Below, piece by piece: positions 25,101 through 37,926 of a DNA stretch of 64,000 nucleotides. The stretch is from Malacoraja senta (taxonomy: Eukaryota): the NCBI GenBank assembly GCA_038087875.1, contig CM075981.1:1054001-1118000 (forward strand), given 5' to 3'. A model generated the notes under the pieces. The model saw nothing but the letters and a program-made list of their open reading frames with translations, did no database searches and was not told the origin of the DNA. The translations under genes and the position numbers were made by a program. Numbering within the stretch: the first letter of the stretch is position 1; every line of letters begins with the position of its first letter.

Positions 25101-27140
25101 ATGGGAGGTAAAATAAAAACAGACTTGGTTGGTAGTTCCTTCTCTATGAAGTATGGTATAAGAATTATAATAGAGCGATTGTTCCTTCTTTCTTTCTCTT
25201 TTTTTTTCTAGGGTCTATTTTCTAACTTTACTTCCTTCTCTAACTTCTTTTCTAAGGGGCTTTCTTTTCCCAACACTCTTTTGCACTTCACAACCTTTGT
25301 GCACTTTCTTCACTTTTCTTACTTCTTTCTTTTTCTTTCTTAAAGTTTAAAAAAGTGAAGCGGTACAAAAAATGTATTAATATATACGTGTTGTACATTA
25401 CTGTAATCTACCGTACTTCTAAAAAATAAAAAATTTAAAAAAAAAAAAAATAAAAAAAAAAAATAAAAAAAAAAAAAAAGGAAAGTATATCAAAACCCAA
25501 ATGAGGGATTGCCAGGACGCGTATATGTAAGCATACAGAGTGTTTGAATGCAGGAAAGTGGTAGGTATTGGATATGTGCAGATAGAACAGGGAAGGACGC
25601 ATGCCTGAGGTTTGAGATAGAAGTGAAGCAGGACGGGAATATGGTAAAATATGAGGATGGAAGGGAAAGGTTCCAGATAGATGACAGTCAGAGTAGGAAT
25701 CCCTGGGCAACACCAGCACCACCGGTAGTCAGAAATGTCACCACGGAAAATGAGCCTAAGGATTTGAAGATAATGATAGTAGCAGGAGAAACAGAATTAA
25801 GGCAATTGTATGAGGAGGGAATACCTACAGGAGGAAAGGGAGCCAACACCTGGCTTGCCTGGATGATGTACACGGCCAGGAGTATGCAACACACCAATTG
25901 CTACGCCTGCGCCGGAGCTAAGCCTCAGCTGGTCCCAGTCCCATTTCCCTTGAATTGGGATAGGACACCTGGGGCTATGTCATGTATACTACAGCTATTC
26001 ACGAATCCCATCCTACCAAAGAATGCGACCTGCCAGAGTTATCATTACCTATTCCCGGCTAGCAACAACAATACAAAGGGCCGAAGGACAGACCCTCGAC
26101 CTCCTCCATTTACCACTCCCCTTGGGGAGGAGGGATTTGAGTGCTATACCAGATATAACCCAGATGGACAGGAAATGGGGGTGCTCAACTGCAATCAGAC
26201 GTATAACATAACGGCTGAGGAACAGGGGCCACTGTTCAAAAGCTCCTGGCTGAGAAAGCAGATAGTCAGTAGAGCTGATGTCTGGTGATGGTGGTGCGGG
26301 GAGAATACCCTGTGGCCCCGGTTACCAGGGTCATGGACGGAAACCTGTACCCTCACACAACTGATGATGCCCTTCACGATAGCAGTAGAACATGCTGTAG
26401 AACTCAATGAAGGAAGCCGACGACAAAAGAGAGGGGTGAAAGGATCATTCGACACACACATATATATAGATGCGATAGGGGTGCCAAGAGGGGTACCCGA
26501 TGAATTCAAAGCCAGAAACCAGATAGCTGCGGGCTTTGAGTCCATACTCATCTGGTGGTCCACAATTAATAAAAATGTGGACTGGATCAACTACCTGTAC
26601 TACAATCAACAACGCTTTATAAATTACACTCGATATGCGGTTGAAGGATTAGCGGAACAACTGACAGATACCAGTCTAATGGCCTGGCAAAACCGCATGG
26701 CCTTAGACATGCTACTGGCTGAGAAGGGAGGGGTGTGTGTAATGTTTGGGGAACAATGTTGCACCTTCATCCCCAACAACACTGCTCCTGATGGGTCAGT
26801 GTCAAGAGCCCTAGCAGGTCTCACCTCCCTGTCTATCGAATTGGCCAAGAACTCCGGAGTAGACACCTCCTGGACCGGGTTTCTAGACTCCTGGTTTGGG
26901 AAATGGAAGCACATCTTTACATCAGCCCTAACATCAGTGGTAGTTATGATGGGGTTGCTGTGTCTATTTGGATGTTGTATCATTCCCTGCGTACGGGGGT
27001 TGTCTCAGCGATTGATAGAGACAGCCCTGACCAAGAATGACGCCGCCATGATGGCCTTTTGAACACAGTATGACCAGCGAGAGGAAGATAGGGAAGTGAA
27101 GAATCTGCTGTTAGCATTAGAAAAGGGGGAGATAGTATAA
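22174..27140 (+). pseudogene. env: ERV env (gamma-type), split by L1 at 22468-25479; three in-frame TGA (25545, 26286, 27060)
   Basis: Signal peptide, CYAC (CxxC), furin site RRQKR, ISD WQNRMALDMLLAEKGGVC, CX6CC, TM; start overlaps the pol stop (ATGA). Confidence 0.9.
22468..25479 (+). mobile_element. 5'-truncated L1 nested in ERV env, 50-bp TSD
   Basis: Open 760-aa ORF 22761-25043 (RT, YADD, zinc-finger C-terminus), long poly(A); identical 50-mers at 22418-22467 and 25480-25529. Confidence 0.95.
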
Positions 27141-27156
27141 ATCAAAGTAGCGTAGC

Positions 27157-27174
27157 AAAAGAAAAAGGGTGGAT
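27157..27174 (+). promoter_or_regulatory. ERV polypurine tract
   Basis: aaaagaaaaagggtggat immediately before the 3' LTR TG. Confidence 0.85.
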
Positions 27175-27711
27175 TGTGAGGAAGGGGTTAATAGGTACAG
27201 TTGATTTAGACTAAGGACCCTTTGTATAGTAGAGAGTAGATGAGCTTTCAGCACGAACACCCGACAATGCTCGGATAGATAATAGCCGTAAGAACAACTG
27301 GTGACATTTCAAGGATGAGAAACAGGAGATAGCGACAGTCAAGCAAGAACTGGGGTAAAGGGCATGAACAACTCTACAGTGCGCATGAGTAATGAGACAA
27401 ATGAATATTGCAAACACGCCCAGCATGACAAGATGCCTCATTTAAATGCACATGCGATGTATGATGTGGGAGGCACCGGGGGCAGTACCGATAGATTGTG
27501 CACCTCAATGCTCTGATTTGAAAGGAGCCCGCAGGGGAGGAATAAAGGTGTAACAAATGTAAAATGATATGAATAAAAGAGAGTGACTTCCCGAACTCGG
27601 TGTGTCTCGACAGGGGAGGCACCCGACTCTGCAGACTTGCTAATAAATAAACTTGTTTCTCTACATTTTCTCTAGCATCGTGATTGTGAGCACTCACTTT
27701 TGCATCTCACA
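27175..27711 (+). repeat. ERV 3' LTR (537 bp)
   Basis: About 97% identical to the 5' LTR. Confidence 0.95.
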
Positions 27712-28241
27712 CTCAGCAAAGGATCGCAGCACCGCGATGTTAATGTCCGACTCGCGCTGGCGGCTTGAAGCTCCAGGAAAGGCCACATTCATCCAGTTGT
27801 TAGGCCGCCGGGAGGGGACGGAGACGTGACACGGGGAAAGATCACATCTCCGTCTCGGTAAGTGACTGAAAACGGTTTCCCCCTATTCCCTCCCCCCCCC
27901 CACACCACACAACGTAAAAAGATACCGAGAAACATTAAAACATACATTTTAGAAACAGTAAAAATAACAAAAATGTTGAATTAACACACAGGCTTTGGCG
28001 AGGCTGCCATCTCGGCGCCACCCAGTGACGAATCTATCTTCTCTACAGATTTTGTATCTATCTTCGATTAAAACAGCATCTGCACTTCTTTCCTACACAA
28101 CAAAAGACAATTCCCTGTTTGCCGTTTCGTCATTATTCAAGATCCAGGGGCGTCATCTGTAAACTCCCAGGAGGGGTAAGAACAGAATTCGGCCAAACAG
28201 CATTGTGATCCCGGCACTGATCCCTTTGGTACATCATTTAG

Positions 28242-28440
28242 GGCAGCAAGGTGGTACAGCTGTAGAATTGCTGCCTTACAGCGCCAGGGACCCGGGTTCG
28301 ATCATGACCACGGGGGCTTGTCTGTCTGGAGTTTTGTAGATTATCCCCGTGACCTGCGTGGGTTTTCTCTGAAAACTTCGGTTTCCTCCCACACTCCAAA
28401 AATGTACAGGTTTACAGGTTAATTGGCTTGGTATAAATGT
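28242..28440 (+). mobile_element. HE1/V-SINE-type SINE, truncated, ending about 8 nt from the V-exon donor of gene A
   Basis: SINE head and core present. Confidence 0.7.
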
Positions 28441-28449
28441 AAAACGTAC

Positions 28450-28770
28450 CTTCAGATACTTGGAGATGAACGTTAAACAATGGATCAAGGCCAGCTGTAG
28501 TAATTCCACATCTGTACCATCCTGTATCTCCAGAGTGAAGATCCTCCACAGTCACAGTAAATATTTCTTGTGCCTGGTTATCTGTGATTGACACTCTTCC
28601 GCTCCGTCCGTGTTGCCCATTTGTCTTCACTACAGTTAAACACATGATAGTCCACCCACGACACCAGTATTTAATGTTTGAGCGGTACCATGCTTCATAG
28701 TGACAATCGATTGTGATATTTTTTCCCACAACTCCTCTTACATATTTCTTTCCCCACAGTGCACCTGAAA
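28450..28770 (-). CDS. Gene A exon 2: CD300/pIgR-type Ig V domain
   Basis: 321 nt, phase 1/1; VSGALW...ITIDCHY...KYWCRGWTIMC...GRVSITDN...FTVTVEDLHSGDTGWYRCG; extra C-C' cysteine pair. Confidence 0.93.
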
Positions 28771-29089
28771 CTGAGAGGAAAAATCTTCAGAAAATGTACA
28801 GGACAAATCTACTTAATACAGCATGGAAACATGCCCTTTGGCCCACCGAGTCCAAGCTGACCATGAAGCACCTCTTCACACTAAAGATAGACACAAGGTG
28901 CAGGAGTAACTCAGCGGGTCAGGCAGCATGTCTGGAGAAATAAAATGCGTGACGTTTCGAGATTGGGACCCTTCTTCAGACACCCTTTTGCAGAGCTGCT
29001 GCCTGACCCGCTGAGTTACTCCAGCACTTTGTTTCTATCTTTGGTACAAACCAGCACCTGCAGTTCATTGGTCCTAACTGTTTACACTA

Positions 29090-29385
29090 GTTGGGCAGCA
29101 CAGTAACGCAGCAGAAGAGTGGCTGCCTTACAGCGCCAGAGACCCGGGTTTGATCCTGACTATGGGTAGCTGTCTGTACAGAATTTGTACATTCTCCCTG
29201 TGACAGCATGGGTTTCACCTGGGTGCTCGCACACTCCAAAGATGAGTAGGGTTTTAAGTTAATTGGCTTCTGTAAATTACCCCAAGGGTGTAGGATAGAA
29301 CTAGTGCATGTGTAATCGTTGGTCGGCTTGGACATGGTGGGCCGAAGGGCCTGTTCCAGGCTGTATCTCTAAAACTAACTAATTT
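29090..29385 (+). mobile_element. HE1/V-SINE-type SINE
   Basis: Head, core and tail; boundaries approximate. Confidence 0.7.
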
Positions 29386-29671
29386 TCATGTTACATTAAT
29401 GAGCTGTGAGAATATTCACCAAGGTCCTTCTGTTCCTCCACACTCCCTCAACATCCATTTATTAATGTCTTTATTTAGACCTCTTTGTCAAATGTAATTC
29501 CTCTCACTTCTCTGGATTAAACAGTCTTTGCCACTTTTCTGCCCTACTGATTTGTCCATCCATATCCGCCCTGTGGTCAAAAGCCTTCTCCTCCCTGTCA
29601 ACCATCCAGCTGACCTTTGTCTCATCTGCAGAGGACTTCACCATGCCCCCTACATTTAACTACATCGATGA

Positions 29672-30180
29672 TTCTAGCGATTGAGGGAGTGCAGCGTAGG
29701 TTTACAAGGTTTAATTCCCGGGATGGCGGGACTGTCATATGCTGAGAGAATGGATCGGCTGGGCATGTATACTCTGGAGTTTAGAAGGATGAGAGGGCAT
29801 CTTATTGAAACATGCACGATTATTAAGGGTTTGGACATGCTAGAGGCAGGAAACATGTTCCCGATGTTGGGGGAGTCCAGAACCAGGGGCGACAGTTTAA
29901 GAATAAGGGGTAAGCCATTTAGAACGGAGACGAGGAAACACTTTTTCACACAGAGAGTTGTGAGTCTGTGGAATTCTCTGCCTCAGAGGGTGGTGGAGGC
30001 CGGTTCTCTGGATACTTTAAAGAGAGAGCTAGATAGGGCTCTTAAAGATAGCAGAGTCAGGGGATATGGGGAGAAGGCAGGAAAAGGGGACTGATTGGGG
30101 ATGATCAGCCATCATCACATTGAATGGCGGTGCTGGCTCAAAGGGCAGAATGGCCTACTCCTGCACCTATTGTCTATTGA
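29672..30180 (+). mobile_element. CR1 3' fragment
   Basis: LIPGMAGLSYAERMDRLG...GYGEKAGK. Confidence 0.88.
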
Positions 30181-31447
30181 TGAGTACTGAGGCTTGTGGA
30201 TCCTGACAACAGCCTTATCCCCGAAATGCACGTATATTGTTGGCCTGTTTTATGGAGGGTAAACCTTATTTATGGGTAATATTTGCCATCTTCCCCATCT
30301 ATAAACTAGGAAATAATCACCTACACTTCACGCTGCCTTGCAAGGCCACCAGCATAATCATGGACCAGTTTCATCCCAGTCACTCCTTCTTTACCTGTCT
30401 ACCATTGGGCACGAGGTACAAAAAATTGAACCCAATGCTCTAGATTCAGAGGCAGTTTTCTTCCCAACTGTTATCAGGCAACTGACCCATCCTCTCACTA
30501 GCTAGAGCGCAGTCCTGACCTCCTATTTACCTCCTTGAACGATCAATAATTGGACTTCATTGGACTAAACTAAACTAGTAAAGCAATGATCCTAGATTAC
30601 CTGAAATGATCTGGTGAATGAAGACCGTCAATGTTGGCCTTCGCCCATGCATCTGAGCATCAGTAATAACATTTGAAAAAAATAACTTGGTCGCAAGAAA
30701 TTATTAATATTGCATACTGATGATTTTGACAAATATGCATAGATGAAGTCCTAGAACAAGAAGGAAATGACTACTTATTGCAAGAGCAACCCTCAGCCCA
30801 AGAGGAACTGAGACGTCAAATAAAGTAATATCTGAACTTTAAATAAGAGGAATTGTTGTAAAATGGAGACAATTGTGTTTGCATTATTGCTTGGCTGCTG
30901 TTAGTGAGTGCAAGCAAGCAAGCAATAAAACAATATTTTATGAATAGAAAGGGTCCCTTTGCAGTTTGACGCTGTTACTTTAGTTTAGTTTAGTTTAGTT
31001 TAAGATAGAGCGTGGAAACTGGCCCTTCGGCCCAACATGACTGTGCTGACCTACTATCTTGCACACCAGGGACAATTTACATAGTCCATATTCCCTATTT
31101 ATAGAGGCCAATTAACCTACAAACCTGTGCGTCTTTGGGATGTGGGAGGAAACCAGAGCACTGAGAAAAAACCTTTGCGGTCACAGGGAGAAAGTATAAA
31201 CTCCATACAGACAGGCTCCTTAGTCAGGATCGAACTCAGGTCTTTGGTAACATGAAAAACAAAAAAATTATCAGGTGGTTAGGCCGCATCTGTGGGGAGA
31301 GAGATAGAGTTGGGTTTTAGGTCGAAGGATCTCTGATCTGAAAGGATAACTATTTTTCTCGACACACCTGCTAAGTATTTCCAGCATATGTAAAGGAAGG
31401 AACTGCAGATGCTGGTTTACACCGAAGATAGACACAAAATGCTGGAG

Positions 31448-34400
31448 AAGACTTCCGGTGGTGCTATGGAGGCTTGAGCCCAGCGTCAACTAGCTCCGTG
31501 CTGAACATTTTGAAAACGGCAGATAAATCGGGACCTACCTGAGGCGACTGCGATTTTAATGGCTGCCCCCTGTGAGTGACGTCATCAGGCGCGCGACGCT
31601 ACCGATATGTCGATGCAGCCTACCCCCCCCCAGGGGGTCAAAAAACCCCAGCAAAGTAAAACAACCAACAGAAGAGGTAGGCCCAACTGAGACCTCGGCC
31701 TCAGGTACAGCGATGTTCCAGGAAGACCCATTGAAGAAATCAAAGCAAAAAACATCGGAGGTGGAAGAACTTAAAAAGTTTCTGACAATTGAAATTAAAA
31801 ATATTCAATTGCAGCTGAAAACCTTTGAAGAAAAGCTGAACTTTAAAGAGGAACTTAATTCTTTCAAGGTAGATTTCAAAGCAGAAATGCTTTCTACCGT
31901 CCATGACATACTGGAGGCCTGGAAGAGGTCAAGGATCAGATGGAAGAGGTGGAAGGCAGGATCACTTCGGTGGAATCGAACTTTAAAGATGCGATGGATC
32001 CCATTCACGAGACACTGGAGCAACAAAATACAGCGATAGCTGAATTTGGAAAATATGTGGAGACAAGTGCGGAAACTGTAAATAGACTCCTTATCGAAAA
32101 TCAACGCCTCTCCGAAATGGTGACTAAACTAAATGGAAAGTGTATCGACCTGGAGGGGCGCTAAAGACGTCAGAACTTAAGGATTGTAGGTGTGAAAGAA
32201 GGAAGTGAGAGGGACACGGGCCCTCGGCATTTTGCGGCAGTATTGCTACAAAAAGTTTTAAATTTGGATCAAAAACCTTTACTTGGTCGAGCACATAGAG
32301 CGCAGGGGCGTCGTACACGAGACGATGCTCACCCAAGACAAATTATAGTAAAGGAGCAACTTGATCATGAATTTGACGATATAATGAAGAAAATTGTCCG
32401 TAGCAGAGAGCTCTATTTTGAAGGAATGAGGATCAGTATCTATCGAGACTACCCGGCAGAGATCTTCAAAACAAGAGCGCTGTTCACTGAGACAAAAAGA
32501 ATACTGAAGAAAATATCGGATTTGAGATACGGCTTGCTTTATCCCGCAACATTAAGAGTCACCTACATGAGGAAGGAACATTTTTTTACAGACCATGAAA
32601 AAGCACTGGAATTCGCCAAAGGTATCGGGAATGTGCCCACAGACTGAATAACACTGAACAATATGCATCACTCCTCAGGAGTCAAGGAATAACGGGACCT
32701 CGCTAGGTCTTAAAGGATCTTTAAAGTACTTTTAAGAGCTTTAAGAACGCTTGGATATCGAAATGGACATTGGAGATAACCTGTGGTTTTTTTTGTGTTT
32801 TTTTTCTTTCTTAATATCTCCATTTTTATATTCATCTTTCGCATTTAGTATAAATTCTAAGAACAATAATATTACAGTTATGAATAATTGTTACTAATCA
32901 CTATTAATATTTAGTATATTCATATTTAACCATACATGTATTTACTAATACTTACTAAATATCAATATTATTATTAAAATCACTAACATTTGCATTATTC
33001 ATAAATAAGCATTACTGTGTGTGATTGATAACAATGATTTATAACTAATAAATTTTGGTTAACGTAGAAATAGCTTATATATATATATTCTATAGGAATA
33101 TAAGCAAGAATTAATTTAGCCCATGTAATAATAAGGTTTAATGGTTTTTCTCTTTTACTTTTCAATTTAAAATCAAAATATATTGTTAATTTTTGCTGTT
33201 GTTCACCTTTTTTGAGGTTTTCTTTTAATTTTCTTTTGCTACTCCCAAAGAAGTCATTTGATTGTTAGAAAAATTCTTTTTTTTGAATGCACGGAGCTAG
33301 GATTTTTTCTTTAACAAAGGCTACGGAAGTCCTTAGAATTCTAGCCACGCTAGTGTGGCTATCACTAACTACACTAATTGTAGTTGTAGTTTTTTTTCTT
33401 TCACTCTATACTAATCAACTATATCACTTTTTCCACTTTGATTATTGTCATAATTTTATGTTTAAATGGAACTACAAGGTTAAATCAAGGAGATGTGTTC
33501 GGAAGAGCGATCTATGTCATTTAAAATTCATCTATCTGAGGTTCGGGGATAGGATCAGGTTTTATGTGATGTACCTTCTGCTCGGCTATAGACCACCCTA
33601 GAAATATAATGCAAGACGGTAATATGACAAGAGGGGGTGAAGGAATAACGTTTTGTGGTTGGAATGTTAAGGGAATCAATGAACCAATTAAGAGAGGTAA
33701 AGTTTTAGCACATTTAAATTCACTCAAGACAGATATATTCCTCCAAGAAACACATCTCAAAAAGGAATCACAATATAGACTTAAAGCTAAGTGGATTGCT
33801 GAATCGTACCATTCTTCTTTTTCACACAAGTCCAGAGGAGTTGCAATATTGATTCGTAAAGGAATATCCTTTGCGCATTTATCAACAATAGCAGATATAG
33901 ATGGTAGATATATTATATTAGTTGGAGGGTTAAATGGAAAAAAAGTGATTCTTCTTAATATATATGGACCTCATTTTGATAATCCTACGTTTTTTTAATA
34001 AAACATTTAATACAATTCCAGAATTTACACAATATAAATTAATAATTGGAGGAGACTTTAATTGTATATTAGACCCTTATTTAGTTAGGTCATCAAGGCA
34101 AAAAAAAGTTAAATCTCAATCAAGTGTATTTTTAAATTCATTTATTAATACTACTAATATTAAGGATGTCTGGAGAATTGAAAACCCAACTGGACGGGAA
34201 TATTCATTTTATTCACCGGTACATAAAACATATTCGAGAATAGATTACTTTTTAGTTGATTCAACGCTTATCCCATTTATCTTTAATTCAAAATACCATA
34301 ATATTATAATCTCAGACCATGCACCTGTAACATTTATGATTAAATTAAATGGAATGTCTGAGAAACAAACATATTGGAGATTTAACCCACAAATATTGAA

Positions 34401-37400
34401 TGAAAGATCATGCCAGGAATATCTTAGTAAACAGATTAAAATATTTTTCGAGACTAATGACAACCCTGACACATCTGTTTCTCTTATTTGGGAAACATTT
34501 AAAGCGTTTGTCCGAGGCGCATTAATTTCTGCACAAGCATTTTATAATAAAGAGAATCGGATTAAACAACAAACATTGGAAAGGAAAATAAAGCAACTAG
34601 ATATAGGAAATGCGAGAATGCCATCTACGTTAAAACATAATAAAATTGCTGCATTGAAATATAAATTAAACAAAATGTATTCAGAACATGTAATAAAGCT
34701 TTATCAACACACTAAACAATTACATTTTGAGTTCAGAGACAAACCTCAAAAATTATTAGCACGTCAGCTACGAAAAATGCAGGGGGAAAAAATAATTCAT
34801 AAAATTAGAACAGATACAGGAGAATTATTAAAACTGCCCAAGGATATAAACGAGAGATTTCTCCAATACTATCACAATCTTTATTCAACTAAAACTGTAG
34901 TACAACCAGAAGGAACAGCAGAATTTTTACAAAAATGTAATTTAAAAGGTTTAGACTCAAAAGATAGAGAATTATTAGAAGCGGAGATTACGATAAAAGA
35001 TATTGAAGAGTCTATTGGATCTTTAAAAAATGGTAAAGCAGTAGGACCAGATGGTTTAGGCTCTGAATTTTATTAAAAAAATTATGACTTGATCTCTCCA
35101 CGTTTACAAAGGTTGTATGAACATATTTATACTCAACAGAAACTCCCAGATACCTTAAACAAATCTATAATAACACTTATTCCAAAAGCTGATAAGGACC
35201 CAGAAGATCCAGGATCATATAGAGCAATTGCACTTTTAAATACAGATCAAAAAATAATAACTAAAATTTTAGCGCACAGATTAAGTAAAGTGATGAATAA
35301 ATTAATACACCCTGACCAAACAGGCTTTATTCAGAAACGGTATTCATATTTTAATTTGAGAAGATGATTTAATATAATATACTCAAAGAGAATTATTAAT
35401 GAAGATCTAGCAATAATCTCACTTGACGCTGAATAAGCTTTTGGTCAGGTGGAATGGCCGTATTTATTTTTGGTGATGGAAAAATTACAGCTGGGCGATA
35501 AATTCTGCGCATGGATAAAACTGTTATATACCAACCCAACGGCTAGAATATTAACAAACCAAAGGTTATCATCTAAATTCAACTTATCTAGAGGTTGCAG
35601 ACAAGGATGCCCGTTATCTCCATTATTATTTGCGCTTGCTATCGAGCCACTCGCAGAAAGAGTTAGGACTCATCCGGAAATATATGGATATAACACAAAG
35701 GATACAGTGAATAAAATTTCTCTATATGCAGATGATGTATTAATTTACATTACAAAAACGGAAATTAGTATTCCAAATTTACTAAAGCTAATAACCCAAT
35801 TTGGGTCATTTTCTGGATATAGAATAAATTGGAATAAAAGTGAAATTATGCCAATAAGGGAACATAAACATATAATACAACAATTCCCGTTTAAAATAGT
35901 AAATGAAAAATTTAAATACCTAGGAATTTATGTCACTAATATACATCATTATTTAAAGCAAATTTTCCCCCATTACTGAATAAACTACAAAAGAATATTC
36001 AGTACTGGAAAACACTTCCTATCTCAATGCTTGGTAAAATTAATGCCATAAAAATGATTCTCTTACTGCAAATATTATACCTATTTCAAACAATTCCAAT
36101 ATACTTGCCAACATTTTTTTTTTTAAAGTTGGACTCCACTGTCAGTGATTTTATCTGGGATTATAAGAATCACAGGATAAGCAAAAAGCATCTGTGTAAA
36201 TCCAAAATAAACGGAGGTTTGGTTTTACCAAACTTTTTGTTTTATTTTTGGGCAGTTAACATTAAAAATATGAATTTTTGGCTGGTAGAAATAGATCAAC
36301 AACCAGATTGGTTACAAATGGAAAAGGAAGATTGTTCACCATTTGAAATCGGCTCGATAATATTTGCTACTTCTAAATTAAACAAAAAAAATTATAGGGA
36401 AAATCCTATAATATATAGTGCTATGCGAATTTGGAAACAATTAAAAAAGACATTAAAATTAGATAACATATCACTTTTTCTTCCAATCGCGAATAATCCT
36501 TTATTTAAGCCCTCATGGGTGGATAAAGGTTTCACACAATGGAAAAACTATGGAATTAAAAAGATGGGACAACTTTACAAGGAAGGCACTTTTCTTTCAT
36601 TTCAGGAATTGCAACAGACTTATGGACTTCAAGTAAATGATTTCTTTAGATATCTTCAACTTAGAGATTATGTAAAAGCAAATACCCCAAACTTTAGAAT
36701 TAGAAATTCAGAAATTCTTGATGACTGTTGGAATAAACATCCTAATACAGAAAAATTAATATCTTATATATATAATATTTTATTAGATAGCGATATTCCA
36801 TCGACGAATTTACACAGACAAACATGGGAAAAAGAACTAAATCAAATAATAACGAAAGATACTTGGGAAGAAAGTTTACAACACATACATCAATGTTCAT
36901 TAAATACCAGACACTCTCTAATACAATTTAAAGTAATACATAGGTTACATTATTCCAAAACAAAATTAAATAAAATCTTCCCACATATCTCACCTATATG
37001 CGATAAATGCCAACATTTAGAGGCTAATTTATCTCATATGTTTGCAAATTGCATAAAAATTAAAAAATTCTGGGCAAATATTTTTAGAATAATATCTAAT
37101 GTGACGAGCGCTCAATTGGACCCGGATCCAAAATTAATAATACTAGGAACATTAGAATTAAATCAAACATTTACAACAACTCAAAGAAACTTTATTGATT
37201 ATAGTATAATAACTGGGAAAAAATTAATTCTAAAATTTTTGAAAAGGCCTTATAATCCCCACAATCAAAATGTGGATTATAGAAATGACGGAGACCTTAC
37301 ACTTGGAAAGAATTAGACTTGTCCTGTTGGACAAACAAGAACTATTCGTTGGAACATGGTCTCCCTTTATTGATTATTTAAAGGGTCAGAACGGTTCAGC

Positions 37401-37750
37401 ACGCGAACCTGACTAACACTCGAGCCAAGGAATAGATGAAATGTTCGGAAATGTACGAATATACCTCGTATGAAGTTTGTTATCTTAGTAAGTTATTCCA
37501 TTTATTATCTCTTTCTTTTTTGTTCTCTGTTTCTTTTCTTTCACTTCTTTTCTCTCTTTTCTCTCTTTACTTCATCTATCATTTTAGTTCTATTTAGTTT
37601 TTAAAAAAAGGAAAAAAGAAAAAAGTATTGGAGACAATTTAATAAGATTTGACAATATTACTAATTTAAAAATGTAAGACTGGAAATGATTTTAATATGA
37701 AATGTATGTATCTCCAATAAAAAAATATTCTTAAAAATGTTTTTAAAAGA
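31448..37750 (+). mobile_element. Full-length L1 (decayed), antisense in intron 1 of gene A, inserted into a Penelope-terminus element
   Basis: 5' UTR, ORF1 (RRQNLRIVG, RAHR, YRDY) about 31572-32647, ORF2 33609-37316 (WNVKG, GGDFN, SDH, YADD) with stops and frameshifts; TSD aaaatgctggag (31436-31447, 37751-37762). Confidence 0.95.
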
Positions 37751-37926
37751 AAAATGCTGGAGTAACTCAGAGGGACAGGCAGCATCTCTGGATAGAAGGT
37801 ATGGGTGATGTTTCGGGTCAAGACTTTTCTTCAGCCTGGCCCGATGAGTTACTCCAGCATTTTGTGACAATCTTGTACTTCCCGTAGAGTCTGGTCACAT
37901 GAATATCCAAATCAGCTGTTACTTAC

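Larger units (their letters stand above)
15271..27711 (+). mobile_element. Endogenous retrovirus, class I (gamma/epsilon-like), complete LTR-gag-pol-env-LTR, decayed; antisense in intron 2 of gene A
   Basis: TGTGA...TCACA LTR termini, TSD CTCAG (15266-15270, 27712-27716), PBS, PPT, gag/pol/env remnants. Confidence 0.97.

Noticed and set aside
16095-27140. APOBEC-type G-to-A hypermutation of the ERV
   Set aside because: Several stops fit CpG decay (CGA to TGA) and only one or two fit Trp-codon changes; too few to support a signature
22174-27140. Domesticated (syncytin-like) env
   Set aside because: Disrupted by a 3-kb L1 and three in-frame stops
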